Shown here piece after piece: positions 43,976 to 59,391 of a stretch of DNA of 64,000 nt; the first letter of the stretch is position 1; the number at the start of each line of letters is the position of its first letter. The stretch lies in assembly GCF_009914755.1 (NCBI RefSeq), contig NC_060935.1; one strand, 5' to 3'. The position numbers were made by a program, and so were the translations under genes. This DNA comes from the human T2T-CHM13v2.0 reference genome, Homo sapiens. The notes below the pieces were generated by a model that searched no databases, was not told where the DNA came from, and saw only the letters and a list, made by a program, of their open reading frames with translations.

Positions 43976-45190
43976 AATAGTTTCATTTTACTATGGAACT
44001 TTCAGAAATGGCAACATTGCTTTAATTTGCTAATTTTTGTACTTTCATCACAGTACAGGCATAGTTGACATTGGAGCAATTGTTTGTATTTATTTTGAAG
44101 CATTCTTCCTTTGGAAAAAAAATTATATTCTGAAAACCTCATGCATTTGGATGAAATGGTTTCTGCTGTCATGATAAACTCCTGAATAGGATTTAAAAAT
44201 CATCCTGGAAAGAAGTAGACTGTGTACAATAATAAATTGCTACCCTATTATTCTGCTTTCTTAATACTATCTAATCCTTGTTGTTTTGTCTAGATCATTA
44301 AGAAACTGTATTTGAAGGTCTCAAAGGAAAGCAATATTGTGGGAAAAAGTAGAGTTCAAAACTCAGATACTAAAATTCTTTTTGCTCACAGACTTGAGGC
44401 ACATACGTGTTTTTTTTTGTGTTGAATATACCTGAATATATACAGGCAACCTTTGAATTTTCTTTGAAAAGGGATATGTTACAAAATAATAGCTCCATGA
44501 GGAAGCAACCTTAGACTGATACGAACCCTACAAATTCAGTTTCATAAGTGTGTACTGTTTATTGGCTTTGAGCTAGTAGGTTGAGTAAAGTGAGGGAAAC
44601 AATTTAAGTACCTTTTCTTCCTATTAATAATATGTTGAAAAGCAGTCCCAAATTTTCTAAATAACCCAGTTATTATGCCTGAATAGTATTGCAATTCTGC
44701 AATTTAAACGATTTCCTAAGATGTTTTCAATCAATGTATATTGTCTTTATACCAACTAATTCTAAAGAACCTTAGTAATTTTCATCTTTTGCAAAAAACT
44801 CTGTAGGTAGGAATAACTGGACTTCCAGCAGTGAAGTACAGGTAAAGAGAGCAGAGCAGTGAAAAGGGAATAGAAAGCCAGGCTGAGAGGCTTCGGAAAC
44901 AGAGGCTAGGGAAGGGGGTCTGGAAGAAGAACAACAGGGTGGCTTCTCTAATTGTTAGCTCCATCTCAGCCTTTTTAAAAGACCCATGACCCCAAGGAAG
45001 AAAGCAAATGGCCTCTTTTCTCCCAAACCATGTGAAAACTAAAGAGATTCTCTTTCTTCGAAAAGATTACCATGGTTTTGAGCATGCTCTGTTTCATTTT
45101 ATAGTATTTAAAAACAAAAAAAGAAGAAGAGAGGGGAGGAGGACAAGTGATAGAGGGAGAGAAAGGGGCAGGCACAGAGAAAAGGAGATG

Positions 45191-45268
45191 GGGAGGTGAA
45201 GGGATGGGATTGGGAGGGAGGGGAGGTGAAGGGATGGGATTGGGAGGGAGGAGAAGTGAAGGGGATGA
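45191..45268 (+). repeat. G-rich 30-bp tandem repeat (2 perfect copies plus partial) in a GA-rich tract
   Basis: gggaggtgaagggatgggattgggagggag at 45191 and 45221. Confidence 0.9.
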
Positions 45269-46325
45269 GGAGATATAGATGCTGCAGGATCTCTTTCCCA
45301 CTTGCTGACAAAGTAAACAGTTCCTAACTTGTTTTTGGTACTCATCAAAAACAGAAGGCAGTGATAGAAGTGGGCAAGAGTGCAAATGAGAAAAAGAGGG
45401 TGAGAGTAAAGGAGAGAGGAGGCGGCAGGGGAAATACAGGAGTGACAGAGATATGGAGAGACAGAAAGAGGAAGAGACAGGCCAACAGGATAATCACCAT
45501 TGAAATCCTTTTCTATCTTGCCTGATGAATGTTTTTAGTGGCTGTCTTATCCCACACATTGTAATAAGCCTCCAAAGGCTTCCCCACGGTGGTAGCAATC
45601 AAGACATCATTCTGGGCCAGTCCAGGAACTATCCCCATGCCTTTAGTGCATTACCAAGAAATCAGACATACAAATAACACACTCTATGTGTGTCATTTCT
45701 GGATTAGAAACATATTTTTAAAAGCAAATTTAGGAGCCAACAATCATTTTCTACTCTCAAACCAGGTGCATGGTTTATACACATGTCTTCAGAAGCAGAA
45801 TTGGTGGGACAGATAGGAAAGTCATTTCTTTTATTTATCAGAGCACATTCCTGACAGCCAGACACAGTTATGGGCAAAGACATTTGGATCCTGAGGCGAA
45901 AAGGAGAGAAACAGACCGAGAATACATGACTGCCCACTGGCTCTTCCATCATCACCCCAGAAGTGATGCAAGTCACTTCTGTTCAAATTTCATTAGCCAG
46001 AAAGATTTACATAACTATACCTAACCTAAGGGGGCAAGGAAACACAACCCTACTGGGCCTTGGTGAAGAAAGGGCCAGAATATTGATAAATAACCCTGGT
46101 AGCTGCTAAGAGGGAAATAGCCTTTAGAGAAGTATTCTGGGGAAGAGATTAGCATGTGAAAAGTCCCAGAGACAAGAGAAGGCAGAGTGTTCTAGGCTCA
46201 ACTAGAAGTTCAGAATATCTAAAGTATGGGTTTCAAAGGAAGAACTTGTGAACAATAAAGCTTGAGAGTTAAGCCATGAGAAGATCACTTACAGTCTTGT
46301 AAGCTGTATTAAATAACTTGGATTA

Positions 46326-46724
46326 TTTTTTGTCTTAAAACAACAAAGCTTTATTCTCCTGCTTCTTATCCACTGAGAGTTTTTGGAGGGCTCTGATCTC
46401 ACAAAATCCTTAGACAGGAACCCAGAATGACAGAATGTCCAGAATCTGGAATTTTTTTCATGTTTATTGTATTTTTTTGATGTTTTTACTTTTTACAAAA
46501 AAATTCTTTAAAAAAAAAAACAACAGGATACATGTGCAGAACGTTCAGGTTTGTTATATAGGTATACATGTGCCATGGTGGTTTGCTGCACCTATTAATG
46601 TGTCCTCTAAGTTCCTTCCCCTCATCCCCTCACCCTCCAACAGGCCCTGGTGTGTGTAGTTCCCCTCTCTGTGTCCATGTGTTCTCAATGTTCCACTCCC
46701 ACTTATAAGTGAGAACATGCAGTG
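46326..46724 (-). mobile_element. Short L1PA8A-like 3' end carrying a 3' transduction, inserted in an L2
   Basis: L1 3'UTR at about 46500-46724; non-L1 DNA at 46332-46450; TSD ataacttgga.t at 46313 and 46725. Confidence 0.85.
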
Positions 46725-48865
46725 ATAACTTGGAATTTTACCCTAAAAGCAATGGGAAGCCATTGAAAGATTTAAAGGTTTGTAGCAATGCAATTAGACC
46801 AGTATTTGAGAAGATACCTCCTTGGTGAATATCCTGGAAGGAAACAAGAATAAATTCATTCATTCATCAAATACAGTAGTGTATATCAGGAATCAGATCC
46901 CCGACTTAGGGGCTTGAAATACAGTGGATTCAGGGAAAGCGTGAGGAAGCTGTTGATGGCTCATATCCAGGCAAGCAATGTGAGTGCTCTGGACTAAGAT
47001 ATTAAGCTATTGGAGATAGGGATAGAGGTAAGTGGGCATATTTGAGAAAAAGTTATTGGGTGTGGATGGTGAAGAAGGGGGAGAATTCCATAAAAATATT
47101 CTTGTTGTGATTTGGTCTGCAGGCTGAATGGTGATGTCATTTGCTGAGATGGGGAGCACTGTTAATGAATAGGTGTGGGCAGGCAGGAAGTTGGATGAGT
47201 TCCATGTTGGTGTAGTATTTGAGCTTGTAACAGTTCTTGTTTTCTATTTGTTTTTGTCAGTTGGATTTGATAATGTTTTTATTCAGTTGTTTAAAACATT
47301 ACTTTTTGGCTAACCACTTGGATTTGGTGACAGGGCATTTAAAATTTTCTCTGGCTTGGACCCAGGGACTCTTCAGACTCAGTCTTTGTAGCCCCATCCT
47401 CCCCTCTTCTTCTTAGTTCCTGACTGTCAAGGGGAAAGATGGAGAAATTTGTAAGGCACTGGCCTCACCGCACTCGGGGTGGGAAGAAGCTCATTCAGAT
47501 AACTTCATCTAGTGTTCATTTAGTTCAAAGGCCTTTATACCATCTCTATTATTCACAGGTATTTATATTCAATTGCATAGTATTAAAAAGCAAAAACCAC
47601 ATTGAAATTTCAATGGCTGTGAACAACCAAGTAATGGTGAAAATGTGGAGCAAACTTTTCTTCAGTGCTCTCAGGAGTTTAAATCACATACAGACCCTTC
47701 AATGTGGTTAATCCAATGTTTGGTATGTACCCTAGAGAAACTCATGCACATGTGTCCCAGGACCCATGAGCAGGAGTACATACTGAAGAATTCTTTGTCA
47801 TATCTAAAATTGAAAAAATATCTAAATAACCAGAAAGAATAGACTGTATAAATAACTGTTGTCTATTCATAAAACAGTATATCTACAGTAATGATAATGA
47901 CCAAATCATAGCCATGATTAACCTTATAGATGATTCTCACATGTAATGATGTAATGATGAATGAAATAAGGTTCAAAATAGGCAAAGCTGCCATATTATT
48001 TAGGAATGCATACATGGGTAACAAACCACATAGAAAATTAAAATATGATTATCAAAAAATTCAGCATAGTCATTAACTCTGGAAGAAAGGTTTGAGTTGG
48101 GACAAGGAAGAGGCACCCCAGGACTTGGAGCTCTTGGGGAGCTATCAATGCTCTGTTTCTTATGAATGGAATCGACTGTGATACTTTCAGGGCGAAGAAT
48201 TAACCTAAATTTTGTTTTTGAACATTGATTCTAAACTCAAAGGTTAAATATTGCTTTAATGTGGGTCCTTTATACTGATCAAAAAAAAAAAGGTTTGCAG
48301 TGCTAGGTTTAGATGTAGAAAAGGGTACAAAGAAACGGGCTGGTGTTGGATCGCAGCAATTGGTGAGAAGACATTAATGCAGGAGGACTCTTTGACTAGC
48401 CTTGTTCTGGGGACTGACACCTCCTGCCCCTGAATCTGAGGGTAACATCCTTTTCTCACATTCTGCCTAGATGGGGCATCGTATTATTTCATTCTTTTAA
48501 CTTGGTTCTCAGTCACAGTGGCTTTTAGGGGGGTTCTTCCTTTCATCAGGGAGTGGAACATGCCCCAGAGTCACCTTCCGCACTGTATTTATGTAGAGTG
48601 ATGGCATCCTAAAAGTCTTTGTGTGGATTATGATGGCATACATTTCTTCTTTGTAAGTTTTTATTACATTTTTGTTTTCTGATAATTAATGTAATACACG
48701 AAATCTACATGCATTAACTTACAAAGGCCATAAAGACATCACATTGAATACAATAAAAGCAAGTTATAGATATGTACAGAATATCGTTTATTTTTTGGTG
48801 ACGTATTTTTATGTGAGTGTATGCACATGCCAAAGCTGAGAAACAAGTCCTGGGAAGCTAGACAC

Positions 48866-49089
48866 CAGGGGTTTTCAACTGGTGGTGATTTTGCCCCCCA
48901 GAGGACATTTAGCAATGCCTGGAGACATTTTTAGTTATCACAGCTAACAGGTGGGTGCCACTGGCGTCTAGTGGATAGAGACCAGAGATAAAACATCCTA
49001 TAGTGTACAGAATGGCAATCCCCCATCCACTCCCCAAAAAAAGCGTTATCCTGCCCAACATGTCTATAGAGCCACTGTTGAGAAACCCA
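48866..49089 (+). mobile_element. MER20 DNA transposon (hAT-Charlie)
   Basis: caggggttttcaactggtggtgattttgccccccagaggacattt...tgttgagaaaccc. Confidence 0.9.
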
Positions 49090-50593
49090 GCTACCCACCA
49101 AATTAGTAACCATGTTAGTCTCTGTGGTGGGGACTGAAAGTATAAGATATTTAGGAAGTATTTCAGCCCTATCTGTAGTGTTTGAGTTCAAATATGACAA
49201 TTTTCTTATAATTTACAAAATATTAATAAACATAATAAAGTACAAAAACAATCTGTGTGTATTACAAAACAATGGTCAATACAGAAAAAGATGAAAATAA
49301 AATGAAAACTATCTAAAATCCACTATCGAGATATCTGGTAATTTAAAAATCATTTTTTCCTATATCTGTGCACATGCAGAATTATATTTCTAAAATGATG
49401 TTAATACTCTGCATTAGGTTTAACATTTTTTCATTCACATTATAAACATTTCCCCATGTCCCATGTTTATTTATGTCAACAAATATTTCTCAAATACAGA
49501 ATTTTAAGTGGCTGTGAAACACTCAGTCTAAATGAATGCATCAGAGCTACATTTCTAAAATAAATTCAGAAATATTTCTAATAAGGCAATGTTTATATGT
49601 TTAGAATATATTAAAATGAAGACAAATTTCTGAAGCAAAGATGTTTATGAGGAGAATAAGGCATATCACAAAATACCAGCTTCAGATTTTAGTCCTATAA
49701 TAACCTTTCCATTTGCAATACTGAACAAAATTAACAGAAATTAATGGATAGCATACACATTTGAAAATAGAAATTTGAGAGCTGACTGCCAACTTTGAAA
49801 AGACATTACTTAATAATGCTGCTACAGCAAGAAGCCTCCTAAAATACAAGTAATTGCCACTTGTGGTTTAATTATTCCATTTTATCAAGAACATAGTTTG
49901 GAGCTCAAGTATGCATATTGGGTAGCGATTAACCTTCAGTAGTAACATAGAGGACATCAAATAGCTTGTTTAAGCATCTCTCTTCTTGAAATGCCACTAA
50001 AATGAATTAAATTCCAATTTCTATTCACGGATTAGAGCAAATTGCTCATTATGGTCAGGCAAATGGAGACCTTTTGACAAGTGGGAGGACTTGGAGTCAG
50101 AAGTGACTGCCAGTAAGAAGGTTTGTGACTGTGAAAAGATAGGAAGGTGAAAGAGCAAAAGCCCTTAGCAAGTGTGGGCTCCCCGCCTTCCCAGAGCTCA
50201 GCTTTCCTACACTTTGGCCACTGGCTCATTTAGCTCTGGGTGGTTTGAAAATGCTTCGAGGTCACCACCAGATTATCTTCTGCTCCATGCACTTGACTTT
50301 ACATGTCTTCAGGATAATGAGAGGATTTAGTGGAACAGCTGGAGTTTGTTTCCTAAAGTCCCATTTATTCAGAAAACAAAGTGATGAGATGATTCTGTTG
50401 AGGTAAGGCAAAATTCTGGACAGCTAAGTTCCTCTGTGGTTAAAGATGGGGACTCTGGAATCATAATCTTCTCAGACTAGCTGGGTAACTTTGGAAAAGT
50501 CACCTAACCTCTCTGTACCTCAGATTCCTCTATCTGCCCAATGGTAATAGCATTAATTTCCATGTCTTGTGATTGCTTGAGGATGAATGAGTC

Positions 50594-50978
50594 TGTCTTA
50601 GTCTGTTTGTGTTGCTATAACAGAATATCACAAACTGGGTAATTTATAAAGAACAGAATTTTATTTCCTCTCATTTCTGGACACTGGGAAGTCCAAGATT
50701 AAGACACTGCAGATTCAGGTGTCTAGTGAGAACCTGGTCTCTGCTTCCAAGATGGCACTTTGAAACCTGCATCCTCCAGAGGGGAAGCTGTGTCCTCACA
50801 TGACAGAAGGCAGAAGGGCAAGAAAGGGCAAACTCTCTCCCTCAAACCCTTTTGAAATGGCATGAATCCATTCAGGAGCAGGGATACTTCATAGCCTAAT
50901 CCCTCTTAAAGGCCCACCTCTTAATACTATCATACTGCCAACACCTGAATTTTGGAGACGCACACTCACACTGTAGCA
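50594..50978 (-). mobile_element. MaLR solo LTR (MSTC/MSTD-like) inserted in a MIR
   Basis: tgtcttagtctgtttgtgttgctataacagaata...cacactgtagca. Confidence 0.88.
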
Positions 50979-52828
50979 GACGAATATACAGAAAGCAGTG
51001 CCCTGGCCACCAGGGCATGCTCAGCCTTACAAGGTGTTATAGTTTTCTGTCTTTACTCCCTTTCTCCAAAAGTCTCAAACATCCAATTCTCCAAATGAGA
51101 AAGGGCTGTAATAAACTCAGAAGAGTGTTCTGAGATAGTGTAAAGAGAAGATCAAGGGCATTTGGGAAGGTTTCATGGAGAACACTCTTCTACCATGGCC
51201 TGTTAGCCTCTCTCTGCTCTGACCCATGCGTCTCTTGGTGGACTTGTTTTCAAGTGGCTTTTGCTCTCAGCATGGGTGAGATAAATAAATCTAGGTTGAC
51301 TTGTCCTTTCCTTCTGATTTAGGGAGGGGACAAACAGCTTTCTAACTTAGTGCTTTTAGGGAAATTGCCATTTACACACTGATTCATTTATTCAATTGTT
51401 CAATAGAAAGCATGTCTGCTCTCTGTGGCAAACACAATATCAGTAGGGGAGTAAAACGAGACTCTATTCTGGGAAAGCTTGTAGTTTGTGGAAAGAGGGA
51501 GATATTTCAACAGATCTCAACAGAACAATGAAGACTATTAACAAGCAAAACAACAATAACAACAAAATCACTGACCCCTTTCTCTATATTGCCTTTCCCT
51601 GCTTCCCTTAAAAAACAAACAAACAAACAAACAAACAAAAACCTGCCTCTTCTCATAGCTGCCGGTAAAGAAACAGAACAACAACATTTCATATTTAAAA
51701 GTTGTGGCTTACATTCAAATTGTGGAACATCTAGCAGAAATTCCTTTTGGAATGTTTAATCAAGTAACTACTGCCCCAGTCTCTCAGAATGCAACTAGTA
51801 TTCACTACTGTTGAGTCCTCTTCCCCTTTTTTGTGTTGAAAAAAAAAATATGTCAACATTAAAGAAAAAATTGAGCAGTTTGACTTTGCTACAATCTTAA
51901 GACTAAATCCAATGCTAGAAAGTATTTATTTCTGGATAAAATTCTCTATAAGTTTTTCATGATAAGTTTTCTAATTCTATTAAAGTTTTGACTATATTTT
52001 TGGTTGTCTGACCTATTTTGACTTAAGGCTGAGAGCTTTCCTAGTTGGTCTATTTGGGTTAAAATGATTCTCTTCTGGCTTATTCAGGGAGCTCTGATGT
52101 GAAGGCTGTGACTTGAAGTCTTGCCAGAAATGATAGACACTGGAATGGTACCTGGTCAAGTGTTGTGAACAAGCCCTACTCTGCTAAGATTCGTAGGCCA
52201 TGGAGTGCCTCTCCTAACAATGTGAGACTCAGACTGAACCAGATATGGAAAATATCTTAAAGAATGTTATTTATTAGGCAAGAGCACCAATATACAGGCT
52301 TAAGGACAAAAGTCCTTTCCAAATATCTTTGTCCTGGAGTAAGTAATCTTCTGAGGGAACAATAAATACATGCACACTTCAGACTTGGGAATCTGTTACT
52401 GACTTGCCTCCCCAGCTTCCACGTAGATTTCTCACATGAATGATCCATGCACATTTACCTCTAGAGGCAGGCTAGTCAGATCCGTTTGTCCTTCTTAATA
52501 ACTGAATTGTCTGAGAGGAGTAATGACTTCTGTAGTCCTTGTCCTCAAATCCCTCAAATTACTATAAATAGAGCCCTTTAGCATCCATCTGCAGGTCCAG
52601 CTTTGCTCTAGGCTCTAAAAGTATTTTTTTCCTGAATTTTGGGGGAATCCAAGGATTCCCAGGTTCTACATCATCTACTTTGCTCTGGCACCACTCTAGT
52701 CTTGTGCTACAGATAGAATGGCTGGGTTCTCACCTTGTTCTTGATCCCAAGACACTTGCAATACACATAGTTTCAGAAATTGGTTTGATAGGTTAGTATT
52801 TTGATCCAAACAGGTTTTTAGAGACTAG

Positions 52829-53175
<347 letters not shown>

Positions 53176-53419
53176 AAGAATCTGATTTCTGAATGCTAAT
53201 CCCATACTAGGGAGTTGATATCCAAAATCAATTCCTGACTGCATGCTTCATTTATCTGAGGGCCATCTACCGGTGGCCCATAGCTGTCACTACTAGTGTA
53301 TCCACCTAATATATACGACCTATTGGACCAGACCCCTCTACCCAGTCTTCTTTCACATTCTAACTGTCTGTTCATTTTTTTTCTAATTCCTTGATATTGG
53401 TATCACCTCACATAATCTG

Positions 53420-53940
53420 AAGTTTATTCATTCCAAAGTATTTATGTGAGTACCTGTGGTAAGCACTTTGGGCACAAAGCTGTATACGATAGAGTATAAT
53501 ATGTTCACAGGGCTTCTCATCTAGTAGAGGATACAGACAATGAAATGAGCAATTACAGCATGAGGAAATTAGCCAGGGGAAGTGTTGGGTGCCATGGAAG
53601 CATTCATGGGAAAACTAACATGTCCTTTGAGTATCAGATGAGACATCCTGGAGGAAGTGGTATTTAAACTGGCACCCGATGGTCAAACCAGACAACGGGA
53701 AAGAAGTGTGAGAAACGGTAAGGAGAGATTACTTCAGACAGGAAATCTAGCATAGTTGAATACCAGGGGTTGAGAAAGAGAGTGCGTGGCATATTGAGAC
53801 ACTGAAGAAAAGCTTGAGAAGCTGAGTGCTGATAGAAGCAGCAGCTTGGGGCCCAGGTCATACAGGTAAGAAGTTTGGTCTCTATAGTAACAGCATTGGG
53901 AAAGCTTTGAAGCATCTTTAGATAGGAAAGTGGCATGCCA
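53420..53940 (-). mobile_element. LINE-2 relic
   Basis: ttattcattccaaagtatttatgtgagtacctg...gcattgggaaagctttgaagcatctt. Confidence 0.7.
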
Positions 53941-54620
53941 TATGGCTGTGTAGCCTCCTAGTCCTGGCCCCCTGATCTAATAGGTACATCTTACTCGCAA
54001 TCGAAATCAGGACTCTAACGGCTAGTTATACCAATTTACCATTGGAGGTTTTGTCAAGATGGACCAGAAAAGCTTTAGTCATGCCATGTAGATATATTCT
54101 CATCTTGATAGCTAATCTGGGTGATTCCACTAAAAATCTCTCTCCTTCATTTGATGATGACAGACAATTTTGGTGCTGATAACTTTACTATTCTTTATGA
54201 TGGTTGTAAGGTGTATTTTGAGATATCAGCCCACAAAAGGCATCTTACTGTGGGAAATGCACCCAGATTGTTCTCCAGATGCCATCATCAGAAAGAAAAC
54301 ACTAAAGTCTAATTAAAATGCAGCATAGGTTGTATCACTTAGGCTTTATAATAACTATTTCCAATAACTACAGAAAAAAAGACTTACTGATAATCTATCT
54401 CCACACCCTCTAGATATCCTTATGTTTATTTTTAAATGTTGAAAGGCAGAGCAAGAGAACATGCAAGAACCCAGTCATATCTCCTTTAAATGCACAGTAT
54501 CCACTAATTAATTCATAATAAATATTTCAGAAAACCTGTTAACTCCTAGGTAGCTTATGAAGATGAATTTTTTCCCCTTCTGGAGAAAAAGTGGCCAAAA
54601 TATTAGAAGCAATTCCTAGT

Positions 54621-54920
54621 AAGAAAAACCAAACACCGCATATTCTCACTCATCGGTGGGAATTAAACAATGAGATCACATGGACACAGGAAGGGGAATA
54701 TCACACTCTGGGGACTGTTGTGGGGTGGGTGAGTGGGGAGGGATAGCACTGGGAGACATACCTAATGCTAGATGACGAGTTATTGGGTGCAGTGCACCAG
54801 CATGACACATGTATACATATGTAACTAACCTGCACAATGTGCACATGTACCCTAAAACTTAAAGTTAATAAAAAAAAAAGAAAACAATGCAAAGTAAAAA
54901 AAAAAAAAAAAAAAAAGAAA
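54621..54920 (+). mobile_element. Short 5'-truncated L1PA2/3 3' end with a split poly(A)
   Basis: Near-identical to 33000-33245; tail A10-gaaaacaatgcaaagt-A21. Confidence 0.93.
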
Positions 54921-56084
54921 GAGTTAATATAATGTGTCAGTAAGATGCTATAGTTTGCAGTGTGATAACTGTAATCTTCCTTTACTTTTCTGTTTCTAAT
55001 TTGGAGCTACAATAGATGGGTGAATTGGGTGTATGGGTGAGACATAAGCTGTTACTTTCTGCTCTAACAGATGATAAATGTGTTTTCTAGTCTGGCCTTT
55101 GCACTATCTTCTTCCCATTACTCACACACACGCACGTGCAAAAAAACAGATGTCACATAGATGGCCACTCCAATTCCTTGGGTTGTTTTAATTATAAAGA
55201 AATTTAAATAATTTCACTTACCTCCTTTATATTTTTTGAAAACAAGAAAAATATATTCAAGAAACCATACTAATTAAGAAATGCAAAACATACTTTTCAA
55301 TTCTATATTACAAAAAATTAAAGAACAGAGGAAAAAAATGAATGTACATGTATATATACATATAGAATATGTATATATGTATGCATGCCCATATGTGTAT
55401 ATATAACAGAGATGGATAGACACTGAGGGAAAGAGAATACAAGGCAGAGGGACACAGAAGAAAATCCACAGAAGTACAAGTAAAGAAAAGTAGAAATCCA
55501 GAAACCTACAGAGAGGGGCAACAGCCTGGATGCCTTTGACCTTCCTATTCACCCGGCCTGAGAACATCAGAGCAGGTGAGTGGCTGCTCTAACCACCCTT
55601 CAGTACTCCTATGACCTCTGCACCATTTGGAAATCATCCTTTCTCCAAGACAAAAATAATTGTTCTCCTTTTATTTACAAATTTAAAATGGAGAATTTTT
55701 AAAGACTTGTTCTACTTAGGAATTAAAATTCACTGAAGGCTGAGATCAACTCCAGAGGCCCCAGGTTCCCCAGACCTGTTGTCTGGGGCTCTTGGATATG
55801 CAGTGTTTCCCCTCCACTGTTTGTTGTTGTTGCCTTTGTTATTGCTCTAATGACCACTGCCTACATATTTGAGTAAAATCCTTCTCTCGAGATCTACATG
55901 TGAGACCTAAATGTATAATTTGGCCCCTTTATGCTTGTGTTTCTTCAGAATCCTGCATATTGCAATCCCCTCTCTAGCTGCAGATGAACATAACAGACCT
56001 AGACAGGATATGGTGTCCCCAGTACTTATCAAAGTACCTTGTCTGTGGTAGGTGCCAAAAAATATTTTAGGAGTATTAAATTAG

Positions 56085-56384
<300 letters not shown>

Positions 56385-56641
56385 TGTACTTTTCATTCCC
56401 ACTAAAAGACAAACCATGCAACATATAACAATTTCTGGTATTTATATTCCAGATCCTATTAATTTATGATGTTCTCAACCAAAGCTGCATACATTATATT
56501 ATGTTGATTAGTTCTTGAGATAAGCTTGGATTTGAGAGCATTTGATAGTCTCAAATATTTTTAAAGCACTAATTTGATTATTCAAGAATGTAATTGTACT
56601 TTGTTCTGCAAATATTTTTAACTTATTCTCACTTAAAACTA

Positions 56642-57107
<466 letters not shown>

Positions 57108-57559
57108 TCAGAACTCTTGCTATAACCCAAAATGCATTATTAGCCATCAGTTCCATTTTCAAGCTTCAATGCAACTTTTCTTGGCAAAGGGTTTTATTTA
57201 AGTGCTTTTTACCCTCTCTGAAAGCTGTTCTAAGATTTAAGATTAAGGTGTAGTAATGGCTTTCACTGCTTTTTTTTTTTCTGCCAACCATGAGCATCCA
57301 CATGGGAGATTAAGGAATGAACTGGAAAGGAGCCAGAATACGGCTTTTCCATTCTTCCTGCCTCCCTCATCATTCCTCTATATTTCTCTCACCTCTGTTC
57401 AGCTTTCAAGGTGAAATGAGGATGTGAGAAGGGCAGATGGATGGTGCCTGGATGGCAGTGAGTCAAATAACAGCAGAACTCTGAAGACAATGATCTTTCA
57501 TTCACTGTTTCTACAGCTAAATTGCTTTTTAGGATTCTGTGTTTCCCATAATAGCTGAA

Positions 57560-58021
57560 TTTTAAAACACATGTTTAATTGGCTTCATGTATAAGAAAGT
57601 TCAAAATGTTAATGGCTTTACATTAAAAAGTGTATCTCCCTAAAAACAATCATAAAAATAGAATTAAAAGCATGAAGGTGGGCAGTCTAGGGCAGGTCTG
57701 GTCACTCCATTCCATGATCTTCAAAACCAAGTTCTTTCTATCCATCATCTCTGCCATCTTCACCTGTCTCTTAGTCACCCAGATTAGCTGCTGGAGTTCC
57801 AGGCATTATATCTGTATTCCAGCAAGCAGGAAAGAAGAAAGGAAAGAGGACTTTTCAGATGCCCCACTAACAACTTTAGCTGGTTTCTTATTGACACCAA
57901 GCCACCAGGAAAATGTAAGTTTTTACCTGGGCATACTATAATCTGAAATATAATTAAAGTTTTATTAGTAAGGAAGAAGGGAGAATGAATATTGCATAGG
58001 CAATTTTAAGTCTCTACCACA
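57560..58021 (-). mobile_element. Old MLT1 (MaLR) LTR relic
   Basis: Terminal ttattagtaaggaagaagggagaatgaatattgcataggcaa...ctctaccaca resembles MLT1J/K. Confidence 0.6.
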
Positions 58022-59391
58022 TTTCCAAACTCCACTCCCAACACACTTAAGGCTGCCATCTTGCACAATTCTAGTTGCTCCACATTATAGTCTATGAGCA
58101 CAGAGGTAGAAATACTAGATGCATTCACCTAGTACAGATATCTTTCCCAAAGGAACGTATTTAATTTATACTTTTATATATATATTCAACATCAGAAATA
58201 ATTGATAATAACTGGTCTCATGCGATGGAATAATTGTTTCTGAAATGGTTAAGTTTTAATATGTACATATGGAACAAGCATAAATAACCATCAGATACGA
58301 CTTTGGCATGATTCTGAAGTTATCTGCCATTCTTCTATCACTACCCAGTTGGTGAAACAGAATTTTGTGTCTCATTATAATATTTCTCATCCTCTCACTC
58401 ACAGCAGATGAGACTAAAGTCTCTCCTCCTGGTGCCTTGATAATTTTTGTCATTTAATATTTATATGTATCTCATTACATATTTATCACTTACCTGTGTG
58501 ACATTTGGACTGGAAAGCTCTTGAGGAAAATAGACTACATCTTAAAGTCACAGTTCTCTGAAGACCCACAGATGCACCTCCAAAAAAGAATTACTCCTTC
58601 AGAGGGGCAAGAACTGTCTTCTCTGGTTTAGAGGTTTTAAAAATAAAAGTCCAGTGATGTTTGTTGCCATGGATCTAGCTTGTGGGGCAGCCAGTCTGAG
58701 AGATGTAGGAGAGAAAAAATGTCCCAATGGTGTACAAGCTCCTGGAGTTCCTGTCATCTCCTGCCCTTCCTTCAGTGAGCTCATAATTTTTTTAAGCTAA
58801 TATGAGTTCGGTTTTGTTGCTGTTGTTACTTGGAATTAGAAACCTGAATAATAAATAATAAAGCATGGATAATCATGTTGTAATACTATGACATCATATT
58901 CTTATATCTCTGGGTGAAAATGCTCTTTCTCTAAAGGTCACTAGACAGATTTGGACCAAAACTATCCAGATTGTTAATGCCCCAAACCCCCCAAATTTCC
59001 AGGGATTTGAGGCTACCATGAGATATACCTCATGCTCCATGGTCTCCAGAAGGAATTATCATAGAGAATGGACCTTTTCAGTTTCTAGCCTGAGACTGGA
59101 AATGTCAGTCTACCGTCAGAGATACAAAACTGAGTCAGATATGGAGAAGAGCTTTCTGTGATGGGATAGGGGTTACAAGACTCAGACTAAGCTTACAAGA
59201 TGTAGGTGTAATATATAAAGAGCACTTACATGCTTTGTAAGAGTTTTACTCTTCTGTGAGACTTTTTCAATCCAAAGCACAGTAACGAGAAGCATAACCA
59301 AATTCGAAAACCTAGGCTCCATTCTGAACATTAACGAGTTTCATGAGGCTTAAGCAACAATACCACATCTCTGATTGTATAGAAAGGGCAC

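Noticed and set aside
53990-54135. Possible minus-strand exon (GA|GTAAGA donor)
   Set aside because: Poor acceptor and stops in all three frames; no other support.
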